Positions 1 through 11,268 of a DNA stretch of 64,000 nucleotides are shown one piece after another. The stretch is taken from the NCBI GenBank assembly GCA_965113315.1, contig OZ220364.1. One strand, given 5' to 3'. Made by a program: the position numbers and the translations under genes. How positions within the stretch are numbered: position 1 is the first letter of the stretch; the number at the start of each line of letters is the position of its first letter. The notes below the pieces were generated by a model, which saw only the letters and a program-made list of their open reading frames with translations, did no database searches and was not told the origin of the DNA. This DNA is from Podarcis vaucheri. Lineage: Eukaryota.

Positions 1-792
1 AATTGGCTTCTGCTGTGTCGCGTAAGGCTAGCTTTATCTTGCCCTGTTAAAGCAAATTTCTTACGTGAGGGGGAGAGATAAATTAAATAAAAATGAGGAA
101 GACATGGAATCAAACTTGTGCAGAACCAATGTAATAAAACAATTTAGAATTTGATATCAGTATTCTATCCCCAAACTACATGCATTCTCGTGGTTGCTGT
201 TTTTTATCATCTGTTAAAATGAATTATTCAGACTGGAAAAACAAGGGTCAACAGCATAAGGCCAGCAGGCTCAGAAAAGGGCCCTGAATAAATAGCCTGC
301 TGTGGAGAGGACCTCGCCAAACTGGGAAAGACTAGTGTAGGAATTTAGCTTGGAAAGGAAGCAGGTCATGCAAGATGCACTAGTAGCTCTTTCAATGCTT
401 TATGGTCCCTTTAGCCTTAACTATGGCACCAATAACAGCCCTTTACTTGAGAGTAAGCCCACAGTGGAGACAGCCACAAGAAGTGGCTGCAAAAACTAAG
501 TAAATCTGCATAGAAGTCAGTTCCACTGAAAAAAATGTTAATTCTACATAAAGGCATTTAGAATTGAAAGCAGAAGTCAGTTTGTAGCCTCATGTTGGGC
601 TTACCTTATTTGTAGAGTGGCATGTTGATTTCTATTTGTTGTCCACGTTCCTTCTGAGGTGCTAACCCTGAGAGATTTTCTTTCTTTCTTTTTACAATTG
701 TTTCCCGTTTTAAAAAGCATTGAATTGTAAATTATTAAATGAAAGCATAAAAAGCCTACAAAACAAACCCCTGTTCTTTATTATTTCACCAG

Positions 793-854
793 CTGTTGGT
801 ATCCAGATGAAACTTGAGTTTTTCCAGAGGAAATTTTGGACTGCTAGCAGACAG
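793..854 (+). CDS. CACNA2D3: CACNA2D3 internal coding exon, (A)VGIQMKLEFFQRKFWTASRQ; gene continues upstream of the window
   Basis: ttcaccag| acceptor and CAG|gtatgt donor; 62 nt; translation matches the alpha2delta-3 sequence as recalled. Confidence 0.96.
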
Positions 855-1580
855 GTATGTTACAGTTGAGTATTGGATAGCTTTATCCCACGAAGAGAAG
901 AAGAGGTAAAGATCTTGGCAGAACCTGTGCTGCATTTTTCCCCCAATGAAACAATGGTTTCCAATGAATTATGGTTAAATAGAAAATCTAAAGACTCCCT
1001 GCTAGATAAAGCCCATCAGTTTAGTCACCCCAGTCACCTCATCCAATAAAGTCCAAAGTGGTACTCCAAACCAGGACTGCATGCAAAACAGAGCCTGTCT
1101 ATAGGCACTTTTAAGAAGGCGATTTAACAAAATGCAAGGTATATCTTCCACATCAATATTTCTGACCAACTGAAAGCCCAGAGGGAGGGGAAGGCACAGC
1201 TACTGCTACTGCCCACCAAGGAGGGAGGAAGAGGGGTGGAAGTGGTGGAGACTCTGTGGTAGCATCACTGCCTCTCTCCTCCACTGTGCTCTGTGCTCTG
1301 GCACGCGAGGAACTGTGGGGAGGCTGTTTCCTTGTGCAATGGCCCAGTGCTACCAGCCAGCCGCAGCACCACTCCTGGGTCAAGTGGAAGCAGCAGAGGA
1401 GGGGCATTAACAGCCTCACCACCTCTCTTCTCCCCTGGGCTCCGGCGTGTGAGTGCATCCCCCGTGCCACTTTGTGAGGCTGGGTCAGACAGTCTGATCG
1501 CAGCCTCGCAAAGCCACGCAAGATAATTATTTTAATTATCCCTTGTAGTCCAAACCTGATTGCCTTATGCTTTCATCATA

Positions 1581-1912
1581 CAGTGGTGCCCTGCAAGACG
1601 AATGCCTCGCAAGACGGAAAACTCGCTAGACGAAAGAGTTTTCCGTTTTGGAGGTGCTTCGCAAAACGAATTTCCTATGGGCTTGCTTCACAAGACAACA
1701 ATGTCTTGCGAGTTCCTGCTGGTTTTTTTCCTCCCCCCTTTTTCTTAGCCGCTAAGCCGCTTATCAGCTGATCCGATCAGCAGATAAGCCGCTAAAAGCC
1801 GCTAATAGCGCTAATCCGCTAATCCGTCAATGGGCTTGCTTCGCAAGACGAAAAAACCGCTGGACAAAGAGAATCACAGAACGGATTCTTTTCGTCTTGC
1901 AAGGCACCACTG
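1581..1912. mobile_element. Tc1/mariner-pogo (Tigger-like) MITE
   Basis: 22-bp TIR CAGTGGTGCC(C/T)TGCAAGACGAA with 1 mismatch, TA on both sides, internal CAAGACG and GCCGCTAA repeats. Confidence 0.9.
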
Positions 1913-2465
1913 TACTTGGACAGACATTTCTCCTTGCAGACACAATCTTTTTTTATTGGCTCACTCTCTTCCTCTTTGCCCACCTCTAGCCTGCCTCTCA
2001 ACCCACCACCAGTCCTTTCCTGACCAAGTGAACTTGTGTGAGTGAGTCTGAGTGTGTTTGGTTTCTTTACAAACAATCCTCCCTCCCTAATACATGTGGG
2101 AGATGTGAGTTGAATCACATCTATGGTAAAAGTGTATGTTTAATAGGTTTTAATGATGTGGTTTTTTGCTGCTTGGGTCTGATGTAATTGAATTTGTTGA
2201 ATATTATGACTTTGTGTCGTGATTGTGTCTCACTGTAACCTGCTCTGGGACTGGCAATGAAGAGTAGATTAGAAATCTATTAAAGTAAAATAAGTACTTG
2301 GTACAGCTCTTAGTCTGTTGTAGAACTAGATCCCAGTATCAAGTAGGAATCACATAGGTTTCATTTTACTCTCTTAATATTATTTATAAATCAAGCATCT
2401 TTGTTAAGCTCAATAGCAGAAAAAATAAAACAGTATTCTCATGGGATAAATATATTCTCCTACAG

Positions 2466-2510
2466 TGTACATCTCTGGATGGGAGATGCTCTATCAGCTG
2501 TGATGATGAG
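2466..2510 (+). CDS. CACNA2D3: CACNA2D3 exon, CTSLDGRCSISCDDE
   Basis: ctcctacag| acceptor, GAG|gtaaga donor; 45 nt, phase 0/0; in frame with the previous exon. Confidence 0.96.
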
Positions 2511-3119
2511 GTAAGAAGGAGATATTTTCTTAACATTTAATACCTGCAGGGTTGCAAAGTGAACACAAGTAAAAATTGGAGACATTTTTATTTTCTTAAA
2601 GCATGTATTTACAAATGAATACGCAACACAACCTTCAACCAACCCCACCAAAGGACTAAGAGTCCATTTATCTACCGGTAATTTACAAGATCCAGTGATA
2701 AAGCTTTTCCTGGACATATGAACATACCAGTGGTGGTTGTATGCTTGAATGCTGGGGGAATGATTATGTAAAAAGTAAACATATTACTAAGAAGTATGTG
2801 GGCTTTTCTTCTCTTTGCCATTATTTTAAATGTACAGAAAGGTGGAGTTTTCCATTGTTTTGGCCTGGTATTACTTATATAAAGCAACATTTTCTTGAAA
2901 CTTTTTTTCCTCCCCAAAGCTGCCCAGCAATGGGTTATACCTTTTATATTGTGCTAAGGCTCTTGACCAGAGATAGGGATAGAAAACCTGCAGGTGTTGC
3001 TGGACTCCAGCTCCCATCAGCCCCAACCAAAATGGCCAGATTATAGGATTCGGAGTCAAACAACATATTGAGGGCTACAGATTCCCCTTCCGTGCTGTTG
3101 ACTAAAAGAAGAATGAGTT

Positions 3120-3213
3120 CATTTCAAGATATGTGCTTAACCTGAGATTGTGCAGTTTGGATGTTTGTGCATTTCAAGATATGTGCTTAACCTGAGATTG
3201 TGCAGTTTGGATG
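3120..3213. repeat. local direct duplication, 44 bp identical, period 50
   Basis: catttcaagatatgtgcttaacctgagattgtgcagtttggatg at 3120-3163 and 3170-3213. Confidence 0.95.
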
Positions 3214-4215
3214 CCATCCAAACTTCCACCTTCCGCTGGCCGGGCTTTGTGGAGTGGTGAGGCCTACTGCTCACAGCATCTGCAGGGCGGGGGACTTTGC
3301 ACCCCTAACAAATTGCCACAAATACATGCACACACCTTCTGTCATCTGCAAACACTGTGGCAAAATAGATATGTTCCAACATCTAGAGCTCCACAACCTG
3401 AATTGGACCCAAACTTTTTGAATCCTTCCATGAGTGCACATCTCCTTCCCTGAATGGAAACTCTTACAAACCATGGAACAAAATCCTCAAGCCCATGTCA
3501 CCCATCCACGTTATTCTGTTGGATATTGCAATGCATTTATCCTCTCTCACTGTCCATGATGTCATCAAAACAGGACTTTGGGACAAAGGTCTCAGGCCCC
3601 ATTTAGCAGATGGTCAGGGCTGGCTTACTACATTTTGAAGGAAGTGAAGTAATGCACAAAGCCCTCCAGAGTGGCTTGTAGGTCGCTCCAAATCTTCTCT
3701 TCCATCAACTGAGGAGGTCACAAGTGTGGGAATGTTCAGGGAGGCAGGAGAGGATATATTGTTTATTAATATCCTTCCTAAGTTGTGCTAGCAAGTTCCA
3801 TTACTTAGCAGAGTTTTACATTCCCCTGTTAAACGCACAGCAGATAGCTGGTTGCAGGCTTGTGTAAGCCTTTCACTATTACATTCCTGGTAAGTCCCCT
3901 TATATCCCACTTGAAAGAATGAACACGCCACAATCTTGTGTGAAGTATATATTAGAGATTAATATTAACTAACTGCACCACTGTGCAGTCTCAGAGAAGT
4001 GCTGTTTGGCCTCCAGGCCTGCGCAGAGTGTGCCTTTTGTGAGAGATGGAAAACATCACTATTATGTGCTTGGATGAGAAACATAAAGACAGAATCTCCA
4101 CAGTGAACATTTACCAATGCATATGAATAAAGCATTTCCCCTTTGTATAGCTCATCAGTGAACTTCTTTAATTCTTGAAATCAAGCATTTGATCATAACT
4201 TGTGTTATGTTACAG

Positions 4216-4278
4216 AATATTAACTGTTACCTCATTGATAATAATGGATTTATACTAGTTTCAGAAGATTACACACAG
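4216..4278 (+). CDS. CACNA2D3: CACNA2D3 exon, NINCYLIDNNGFILVSEDYTQ (Cache-domain motif)
   Basis: gttacag| acceptor, CAG|gtaagt donor; 63 nt; CYLIDNNGF motif typical of alpha2delta proteins. Confidence 0.97.
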
Positions 4279-5440
4279 GTAAGTGTAAAACTCTTTTTAA
4301 AATCAGTTTCATACAAATTAGGTTTTCTGTCTGATCTGTGTTGAGGAAATAAGTAGCATAAGATTAAAAAATAAATGCAACCTCCCTGCCCAAAAGCATG
4401 TAGTCTATCTTTATGGGGGTCTGAAATAATTTCTGCCTCACAGCAGGGTGGGTCTGCTCTAAAGCTCATAAAATTTTAAATTTATAGAACCCCTTTCTGC
4501 AGACATGTCTGTCACTCTTGAGGAATTTTTACCTTGAGAGTCTCCCCCCCAAAAAAATAATAATTAGAAAGGTTTGTTCTAACATTTTGAAGATAAAGCA
4601 ATTCTGTATGAGCGATACAATTATGGCTGTTAATATAGAGTGTTAAAGTTTGCCCATGGCTTTGGATAGAAAATCAAGTTATTTAATGAATATACCGGAA
4701 GAATTAGGAACAAGTAGAATGTGGTTTGTTATGCATGACTTCAGAAAATACGGATTAGCAGTAGCCCAATATAGCAGCCTCTGGCAATACATATCTATGC
4801 TGAAGTAACTTCATAGACCTAAATTAATTTGGATCAAACAGTGTATGAAAACAATGACCACAAGTCTGCAGAACATATCAAATTTTAATATTTAAATTGA
4901 AAAGCATCCACTGATAACAACTCTATGACTGCATGGTTGAATATTTTTGGAATACTTTTGAGATATTTGGGAGACATTTATTTTTCAACTTATCCACCAT
5001 GAATTTGTCTAATCTCCTTTTAAAGCCACTTAAACTAGTGGCCTTCTAGGGGAACCATGAGCCCTACTTTACAAAGAGCAGTCTTCTGCTTGGTCAAAGT
5101 CCTGTTTAAAGATAAAGAACCGTAAGAAGGGAGAGCTGGAGCCTTGACATTGCCCAACAACAGGTCCCTGGTCATAGTTTCCCCCACTGTGTGGGGATGT
5201 GTTATATTTCTGTTTACATTATAGTAATCATTTCTAAACTTTTATCTATACACATAAATTAGCATGTGCAAATTTCTGCAGATCAGTGTCCTTTCTCTGG
5301 GTGACGTGTTTCCTCTTTTTTTGACCATGGGCACCATCACAGCTCAAGTCACTGAATTCCACAAGTTGTTCTGCACTTTTGTCTGTCCCAAAATCCTTGC
5401 CCTTAACTGTGACTTCCTTGATCAGTGCTACACTTATTTC

Positions 5441-5574
5441 TAGGGTTGCCATATTTTGAAGAGCAAAAAAGAGGACATATTTGCTGACTTCTGCTTTTCA
5501 CTATGGATCTCTCATCTTACATACTCATGGAAATGAGGACAGGTCCTGGAAAAAGAGGACATATGGCAACCCTA
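5441..5574. mobile_element. hAT-type MITE
   Basis: 14-bp TIR TAGGGTTGCCATAT; 8-bp TSD cttatttc/cctatttc. Confidence 0.88.
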
Positions 5575-7491
5575 CCTATTTCCCCTTTATGATACACTCC
5601 CTGGCATAGCAAAGTTAAAACAGATTGAGTTAACTACTCAAACCAGAGAGAATGTATGTGAAAGAACAGAGGAGGATTGGGCAGATATCTCCTTAGAGTT
5701 GTGCAGGACCCAGGAGGACAGCATCTTGTTGAATGGCCACAGTTAACACTGTCTTGATGTGTATTTCCCCTCCTGGATATCCTAGAAATGCAATCTGAAT
5801 ATCTAATCATAGTTTTATATGAGGTCTGTGAGGACATTGGAAATGGTCCTAGCAACACAGAGGCAAAGGATATTGGGTACACAAAATATTGGAAATTATA
5901 GTAACTTTTAATTTTAACTTTTTAAAATGGATTCTTTCATTTTTCATCCTATGGATATTGTGAAAACTCCTCATTTATGGGTAACTAGAGAAGCACTCGC
6001 ATTGTGTTTTCTAGAAAATTCTTAATATGGAATTTTCAATGGAAAGGTCAAATTAAGTTCAGTTAAGCAGAAAATTCTAGAAACATTATCCAACTAAACC
6101 TGCATGATCTCAATACATGCTTAAATACCCCCCTATATAAACCAGCAGAAATTAAACATGCTTGGTTGCATCATTCTACTATTGTTTCAAATTATCCAAA
6201 GCTTATTATTATGCGATGAAAGCTAACATTTAAAGCTGAACTGCAACTGATGCATAGTTGTAGAATCAGATTTCCTTCTTTTTGTGAAATGATATAGGTT
6301 GTTGTCATTTTTGTGAATCTGAGGAAAGTGTAGTTGTTGGGGCCTGTTTGATGCCTGACACCCTTAGCCTCTTGATATTCATTGCTCGCAGGGCCCCAGT
6401 GAACCTGATGTATTAAAGCAATAAAGTACAAATGATCTCCTTGCTCCTAGCAAGATTTACACACCCAAATACTTTCGGGTAGAGAAGGGAATGCTTGTTC
6501 TTTAAGCAGAGGAATGCTTCCGTTTTTGGCTTAGCCTGTAATTTCTTTGCCAACAAACTCCCAGGTGCATATTTGAGGCCATGTCTATCATTTGCCATGG
6601 TATCAGGGTTTCATTAAAACAAAACCCATGGAATCCACACCATCCCTTTTCTTCCCACAGAAATTTTGGGATTACTCCTTTAAGGAGTAGATAGAATGCA
6701 TGCAGGAATTTCATGGGGGGTGGGGCGGTTGTATGAAGCAATGTACTCAAGGGTTTTTAACGAACAAGTTGTTTCTGTGCTACAAAATGACACCTTAGTA
6801 CATATGTATGGGGCTTTCGAAACTGTATGTCAGGAAAGAGGCCTGCCTGGGAGATAACGGGTCTCTTTTGGATTGCCCAGAAAACCTATAACCCAAACGG
6901 TTGTTTTCCTGTCCAAGATTTATCTTCGTTATCCCGGGCCTCTTTAATTTAGTGAACAAGACCATAATGCAGGCTTCCCCAGTATGAAGCTATTCATAGA
7001 GAAACAGAATATAAACATTTATACGTCTGATAAAATGTAGTTTCAAACAGTTTAAGCAGGTCATATAGGAATTACAAAAAAAATACTTTTTTATGATTTG
7101 TTTAGGAAATCCTTTCAAACCCTGTTTATATCTTTATGGAGCAGCTTTTTAATCACATGGGTTTATGCTCAGATTAGAGTATTTTCTTTACAAGCTTTAG
7201 TGTTTGAGTGTATTTTTTATTTTATTTCCAACATCAGATGTTATGCAATGAACCCCAGTCTATTGTGTAAGCTCTCACATCTGCTCATGGGATTATTTTG
7301 TAATCCCTGTAACGTGTCCTGACAGTTAAATCCTTTTTCAATTTTTATGAAAGAGAAGTACCCCTTAAAACTTCATTACGTAGCTGTCAAAACGCCTCCA
7401 ATGGTTTCATAGGAGCTGCCATGGTACATTGCAGCCAGCATAGATTGGCATTTATTTAAATCTCCGGACACGGTTATGTTTTCTCTTGCAG

Positions 7492-7562
7492 ACTGGAAAC
7501 TTCTTTGGTGAGGTTGAGGGCGCAGTGATGAACAAATTGCTCATAATGGGTTCTTTTAAAAG
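7492..7562 (+). CDS. CACNA2D3: CACNA2D3 exon, TGNFFGEVEGAVMNKLLIMGSFK(R)
   Basis: ttctcttgcag| acceptor, AAG|gtaaga donor; 71 nt, ends phase 2. Confidence 0.97.
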
Positions 7563-7773
7563 GTAAGAAGTCTACTCTCCACTACTTTTCGCAGTCATCA
7601 AACAAAAACGATAATACATAGGAAGACAAGTTCAAAAATTATTTTGCTTGTTGCTATGTAATGGCTTCCTTTATTTCTATCCTGATTTTCCGTCTGAGGC
7701 GGCTTATGTGAAAATACAATCACATTGGGCCTGGTTCTTTCCCCTGTGGGCACCACAGTGCTCTGGGTTGGTA

Positions 7774-8131
7774 CCGTATTTTTCACCCCATAGGGCGCAC
7801 CGCCCCATAGGACGCACCTAGTTTTTTTTGGGGGGGGGATAAAGAAAAAAATCCCCCCTCCCAGCCCGAGCTTCCCCTGACCCCAGCCCCGAGAACAGCC
7901 TGCTATCCGCAAGCCTAGGGAGCCCGGCAGGAAGTCGCGCCAGTCTCCCCGGGCTTGCGGAGAGCTGCGCGAAGCCCGGGACTGCAGGGAGCCCGGCGCG
8001 ACTCCTGAGGGTTGCGCAGAGCTTCCTGAAGCCTGGAGAGTGAGAGCCTGCATTTGCCCCATAGGACGCACACACATTTCCCCTTCATTTTTGGAGGGGA
8101 AAAAGTGCGTCCTGTAGGGCGAAAAATACGG
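7774..8131. mobile_element. Tc1/mariner-pogo-type MITE, GC- and CpG-rich
   Basis: TIR CCGTATTTTTC(A/G)CCC, TA flanks, subterminal CCCCATAGGACGCAC repeats. Confidence 0.88.
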
Positions 8132-8254
8132 TATTTCCTCCACCAACCCACCCGGAAGAGTTTTCATTAACTGTGGCTGTTGCAATCACAGAACCCTGAA
8201 GCACCACACTTGTCACTTTTTTCCATGATGAGGAGTTACCATTAGTGAACACTC

Positions 8255-8470
8255 TTTGGATTCAGTCAGTCAACCAGCTATAAATCCGCTTAACAGTTAC
8301 CTCATTTAGCCCACATTTTACCAGCTTCTCCACAAGAATATCATGGGGGACTTTGTCAAAAGTCTTACTGAAATCAAGATACACTATGTCCACAGCATTC
8401 CCCTGATCCACTCAGCTTGTAAAAAAGAAATGAGGTTCATCTGGCTTGACTTGTTTTTTGAGAAATCCAG
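8255..8470 (-). mobile_element. CR1 LINE ORF2 (RT region) fragment, boundaries approximate
   Basis: minus strand reads NAVDIVYLDFSKTFDKVPHDILVEKLVKCG, a CR1-type RT motif. Confidence 0.75.
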
Positions 8471-8686
8471 ACTTGATCTTTCCGCTAATGTAGTAGAAGG
8501 AATTCTATCATTCCATTTTGGCTTAATGGATGGACGACCCCCCCCCCGCAAGTGCACTTTTCCGGGCTTTCCCCATGCTTGCAAATACTTCTGCTGATGG
8601 AACTTATTACACTCTGTATTAGTATATCTTTGCTAATATATGAATTAAGCACACTTTCCAATAGTGTATGAATTTTTGTACACATT

Positions 8687-9456
8687 TGTTTTTGTTTTTT
8701 AGCTTTTATTTATGAAATTTTGACAGTTTTTATACACACACGTTATACAATATCAATCATTGAACTCTTTTCTCAGTCCATCTCTCTATGGCATTCTATG
8801 GAAATCTTGATTTGCTGCATATCCTGATATTTCACCCATTATCTTCTCAAGTCTTCTTTTTTGATGTTATCTGCTGCTTATATGTTAACTCCTACTTGTA
8901 GGTTAAATTGTATATTGTACCCTTAAGTTAATCTCCGAAACACCTCCACTCTTCTCTTCTCTTTAACTCATCCTTATTCCTTAGTTTCGCGGTTATGGTT
9001 ACTAATTATATGTATTCTATCAATTTGTTCTGCCAAAACTCTTCTTCTTTCAGTTTTTTTGCATATACTATTCTAGCTGCAGCGGTTGTGTATAAAAATA
9101 TATTGAGTGCCTTTTTTGGAATGTCATCACCTATTATTTCCTCTGGTCTTTTGGGAAATGTGAGTTTTACAATCTTTTTAAATTCCATGTGAATCATTTT
9201 CCAATACTCTCTAGCGTACTTACATGCCCACCACATATGAATCAGGGTTCCCTCTACCTTCCAGCATAAATTAAACCCCCTTTTGTACATTTTCACTAAT
9301 TTGCTGGGTGTCAAGGAGCACTGGTACATCATCTTTTGTAGGTTTTCCTTAATAAGATAGCAGGCAGAGAAATTCATGGTTCTCCCCCATAATTTTTCCC
9401 ATGCAGACAATTCTATGTTGTAACCAATATCTATAGCCCATATTGTAATTGTTGCC
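8687..9456 (-). mobile_element. 5'-truncated L1-clade LINE (ORF2 C-terminus, 3'UTR, A-rich tail)
   Basis: CWK..GTLIHMWWAC zinc-knuckle region; AATAAA and A-rich tail on the minus strand; 14-bp TSD tttttgtacacatt at 8673-8686 and 9457-9470. Confidence 0.9.
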
Positions 9457-10004
9457 TTTTTGTACACATTATTCTGTTGACAGAATATATCACAAATGGT
9501 AAAGTGTAAATTTTGAAAAATACCTGTGTTTTGGTTCACATACTGTTTGAATTACGTAGATGCGCCTTTAAATGCAAACGGAATAAATTTCTCCTCCATC
9601 TTTAGTTGTCTTGCTACTATGCCTGCTCTGTGGGCCATTCATAGAAAAATCCATATACATATTCTCTGGAAGAATTGGGTTTTTGATCAGTGATCAGTGG
9701 TTGGGAGAGGCATGGAAGCTCTCTAATAAAGGTTTCTTCAGTGAGGCTTTTCTGATGTAAGTAGTTACTGACCTTAGAGGTGTACTCAGGAGAAATTTGC
9801 CTTTGTATTACACACAGATATTCCTGAACTGTAATATCTAACAACTGTCAAATCATTGCTAAACCAAGATAGACTTTGTTGTTCAGGTGAAACAGAAATG
9901 TTTTTAAAAGTTAACAAATAAAATACCTACAGAAATTAAGAAATCGAGTTCCAGGTTATATTGAAAAGCTAATCCCATCCCACAACAATATTTTATTGCA
10001 AGTA

Positions 10005-10138
10005 ATGCGGCTTAGTCCTGCTGGCCACATAACCCGGAAGCTGTACGGCGGCTCCCTCAGCCAATAAAGCGAGATGAGCGCCGCAACCCCAGAGTCGGCC
10101 ACGACTGGACCTAATGGTCAGGGGTCCCTTTACCTTTA
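10005..10138 (+). mobile_element. Sauria SINE 3' fragment
   Basis: ends gagtcggccacgactggacctaatggtcaggggtccctttaccttta; near-identical to the 3' part of 58622-58864. Confidence 0.85.
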
Positions 10139-10860
10139 ATGTATAACTAATGTGTTGGAATTTTTTAAAAGCAAACAAACAGACCTTCATGCACACATGG
10201 CTTATATTTTTGTCATGTAATATGATGTAGAGCATTATACTGAGTTAAGGAAAGTTAGAGAAAGACTGACTAAAGCTAAAGTGGGTGTAGCCCCTTTTAT
10301 AGCCTTGGTATCTAATTTGAGACGGCTCATTGATTGAAAAGTTAATACGCTGAGAACAACCAAGTTCCATCCTGAAGACAGCACACAAAGAAAATGAGGT
10401 GGTTATTTAAACAACAGGAGCTGGCAATTAAAAAGGAGATAAATCCCAAATAGGGTAATTTTCCTAAGTAACCCACCTGCTTCTCCCCTCTCTGCAAAGC
10501 AGATAATTTTTGTTGTAGACTGGGAGAAAGCAGGCAAACAGCAGAGGTCTTTAAAATAGCCCAGCTGCAACATAGACTTTTCTGCAGTCCCCCCTTCCTT
10601 TGTCAAAGCTATGAATAGTCACTTAGGGCCTATTCATATAAATGGCTGCAACAACCTGGCTGGCAGTTCCACATGCTGCAGCAGTAACTGCTCTAAACAG
10701 GAACCATGTGAGAGATGTCAAGTACACAATGTGGTCATTTCCCACACCTGTGCTGCTCACCCCTCCCCCAAAAAGAAAGGCCCCACAGTAGTGAAGAGAA
10801 TGAACAACATCACCGGCTTGCCTCTCATGGCTTCCAATTAACAGGGGCTATTATTGTGGA

Positions 10861-11268
10861 CGTGAGAGCTGGTCCATAAAGAAGGCTGATCACCGAAGAA
10901 TTGATACTTTTGAATTATGGTGCTGGAGGAGACTCTTGAGAGTCCCATGGACTGCAAGAAGATCAAACGTATCCATTCTTAAGGAAATCAGTCCTGGGTG
11001 CTCACTGGAAGGACAGATCGTGAAGCTGAGGCTCCAATACTTTGGCCACCTCATGAGAAGAGAAGACTCCCTGGGAAAGACCCTGATGTTGGGAAAGATT
11101 GAGGGCACAAAGAGAAGGGGATGACAGAGGACGAGATGGTTGGACAGTGTTCTCGAAGCTACAAACATGAGTTTGACCAAACTGCGGGAGGCAGTGGAAG
11201 ACAGGAGTGCCTGGTGAGCTCTGGTCCATGGGGTCACAAAGGGTCGGACACGACTGAACGACAACAAC
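10861..11268 (+). mobile_element. 5'-truncated RTE-BovB LINE
   Basis: RVPWTARRSN...LQYFGHLMRREDSLGKTLMLGKIEG C-terminal signature; GGGGTCACAAAGGGTCGGACACGACTGAAC plus (CAA)n tail; 11-bp TSD attattgtgga at 10850-10860 and 11269-11279. Confidence 0.93.

Noticed and set aside
7598-8185. 195-aa minus-strand ORF
   Set aside because: Mostly a GC-rich MITE (7774-8131); few stops because of composition, no recognisable domain.
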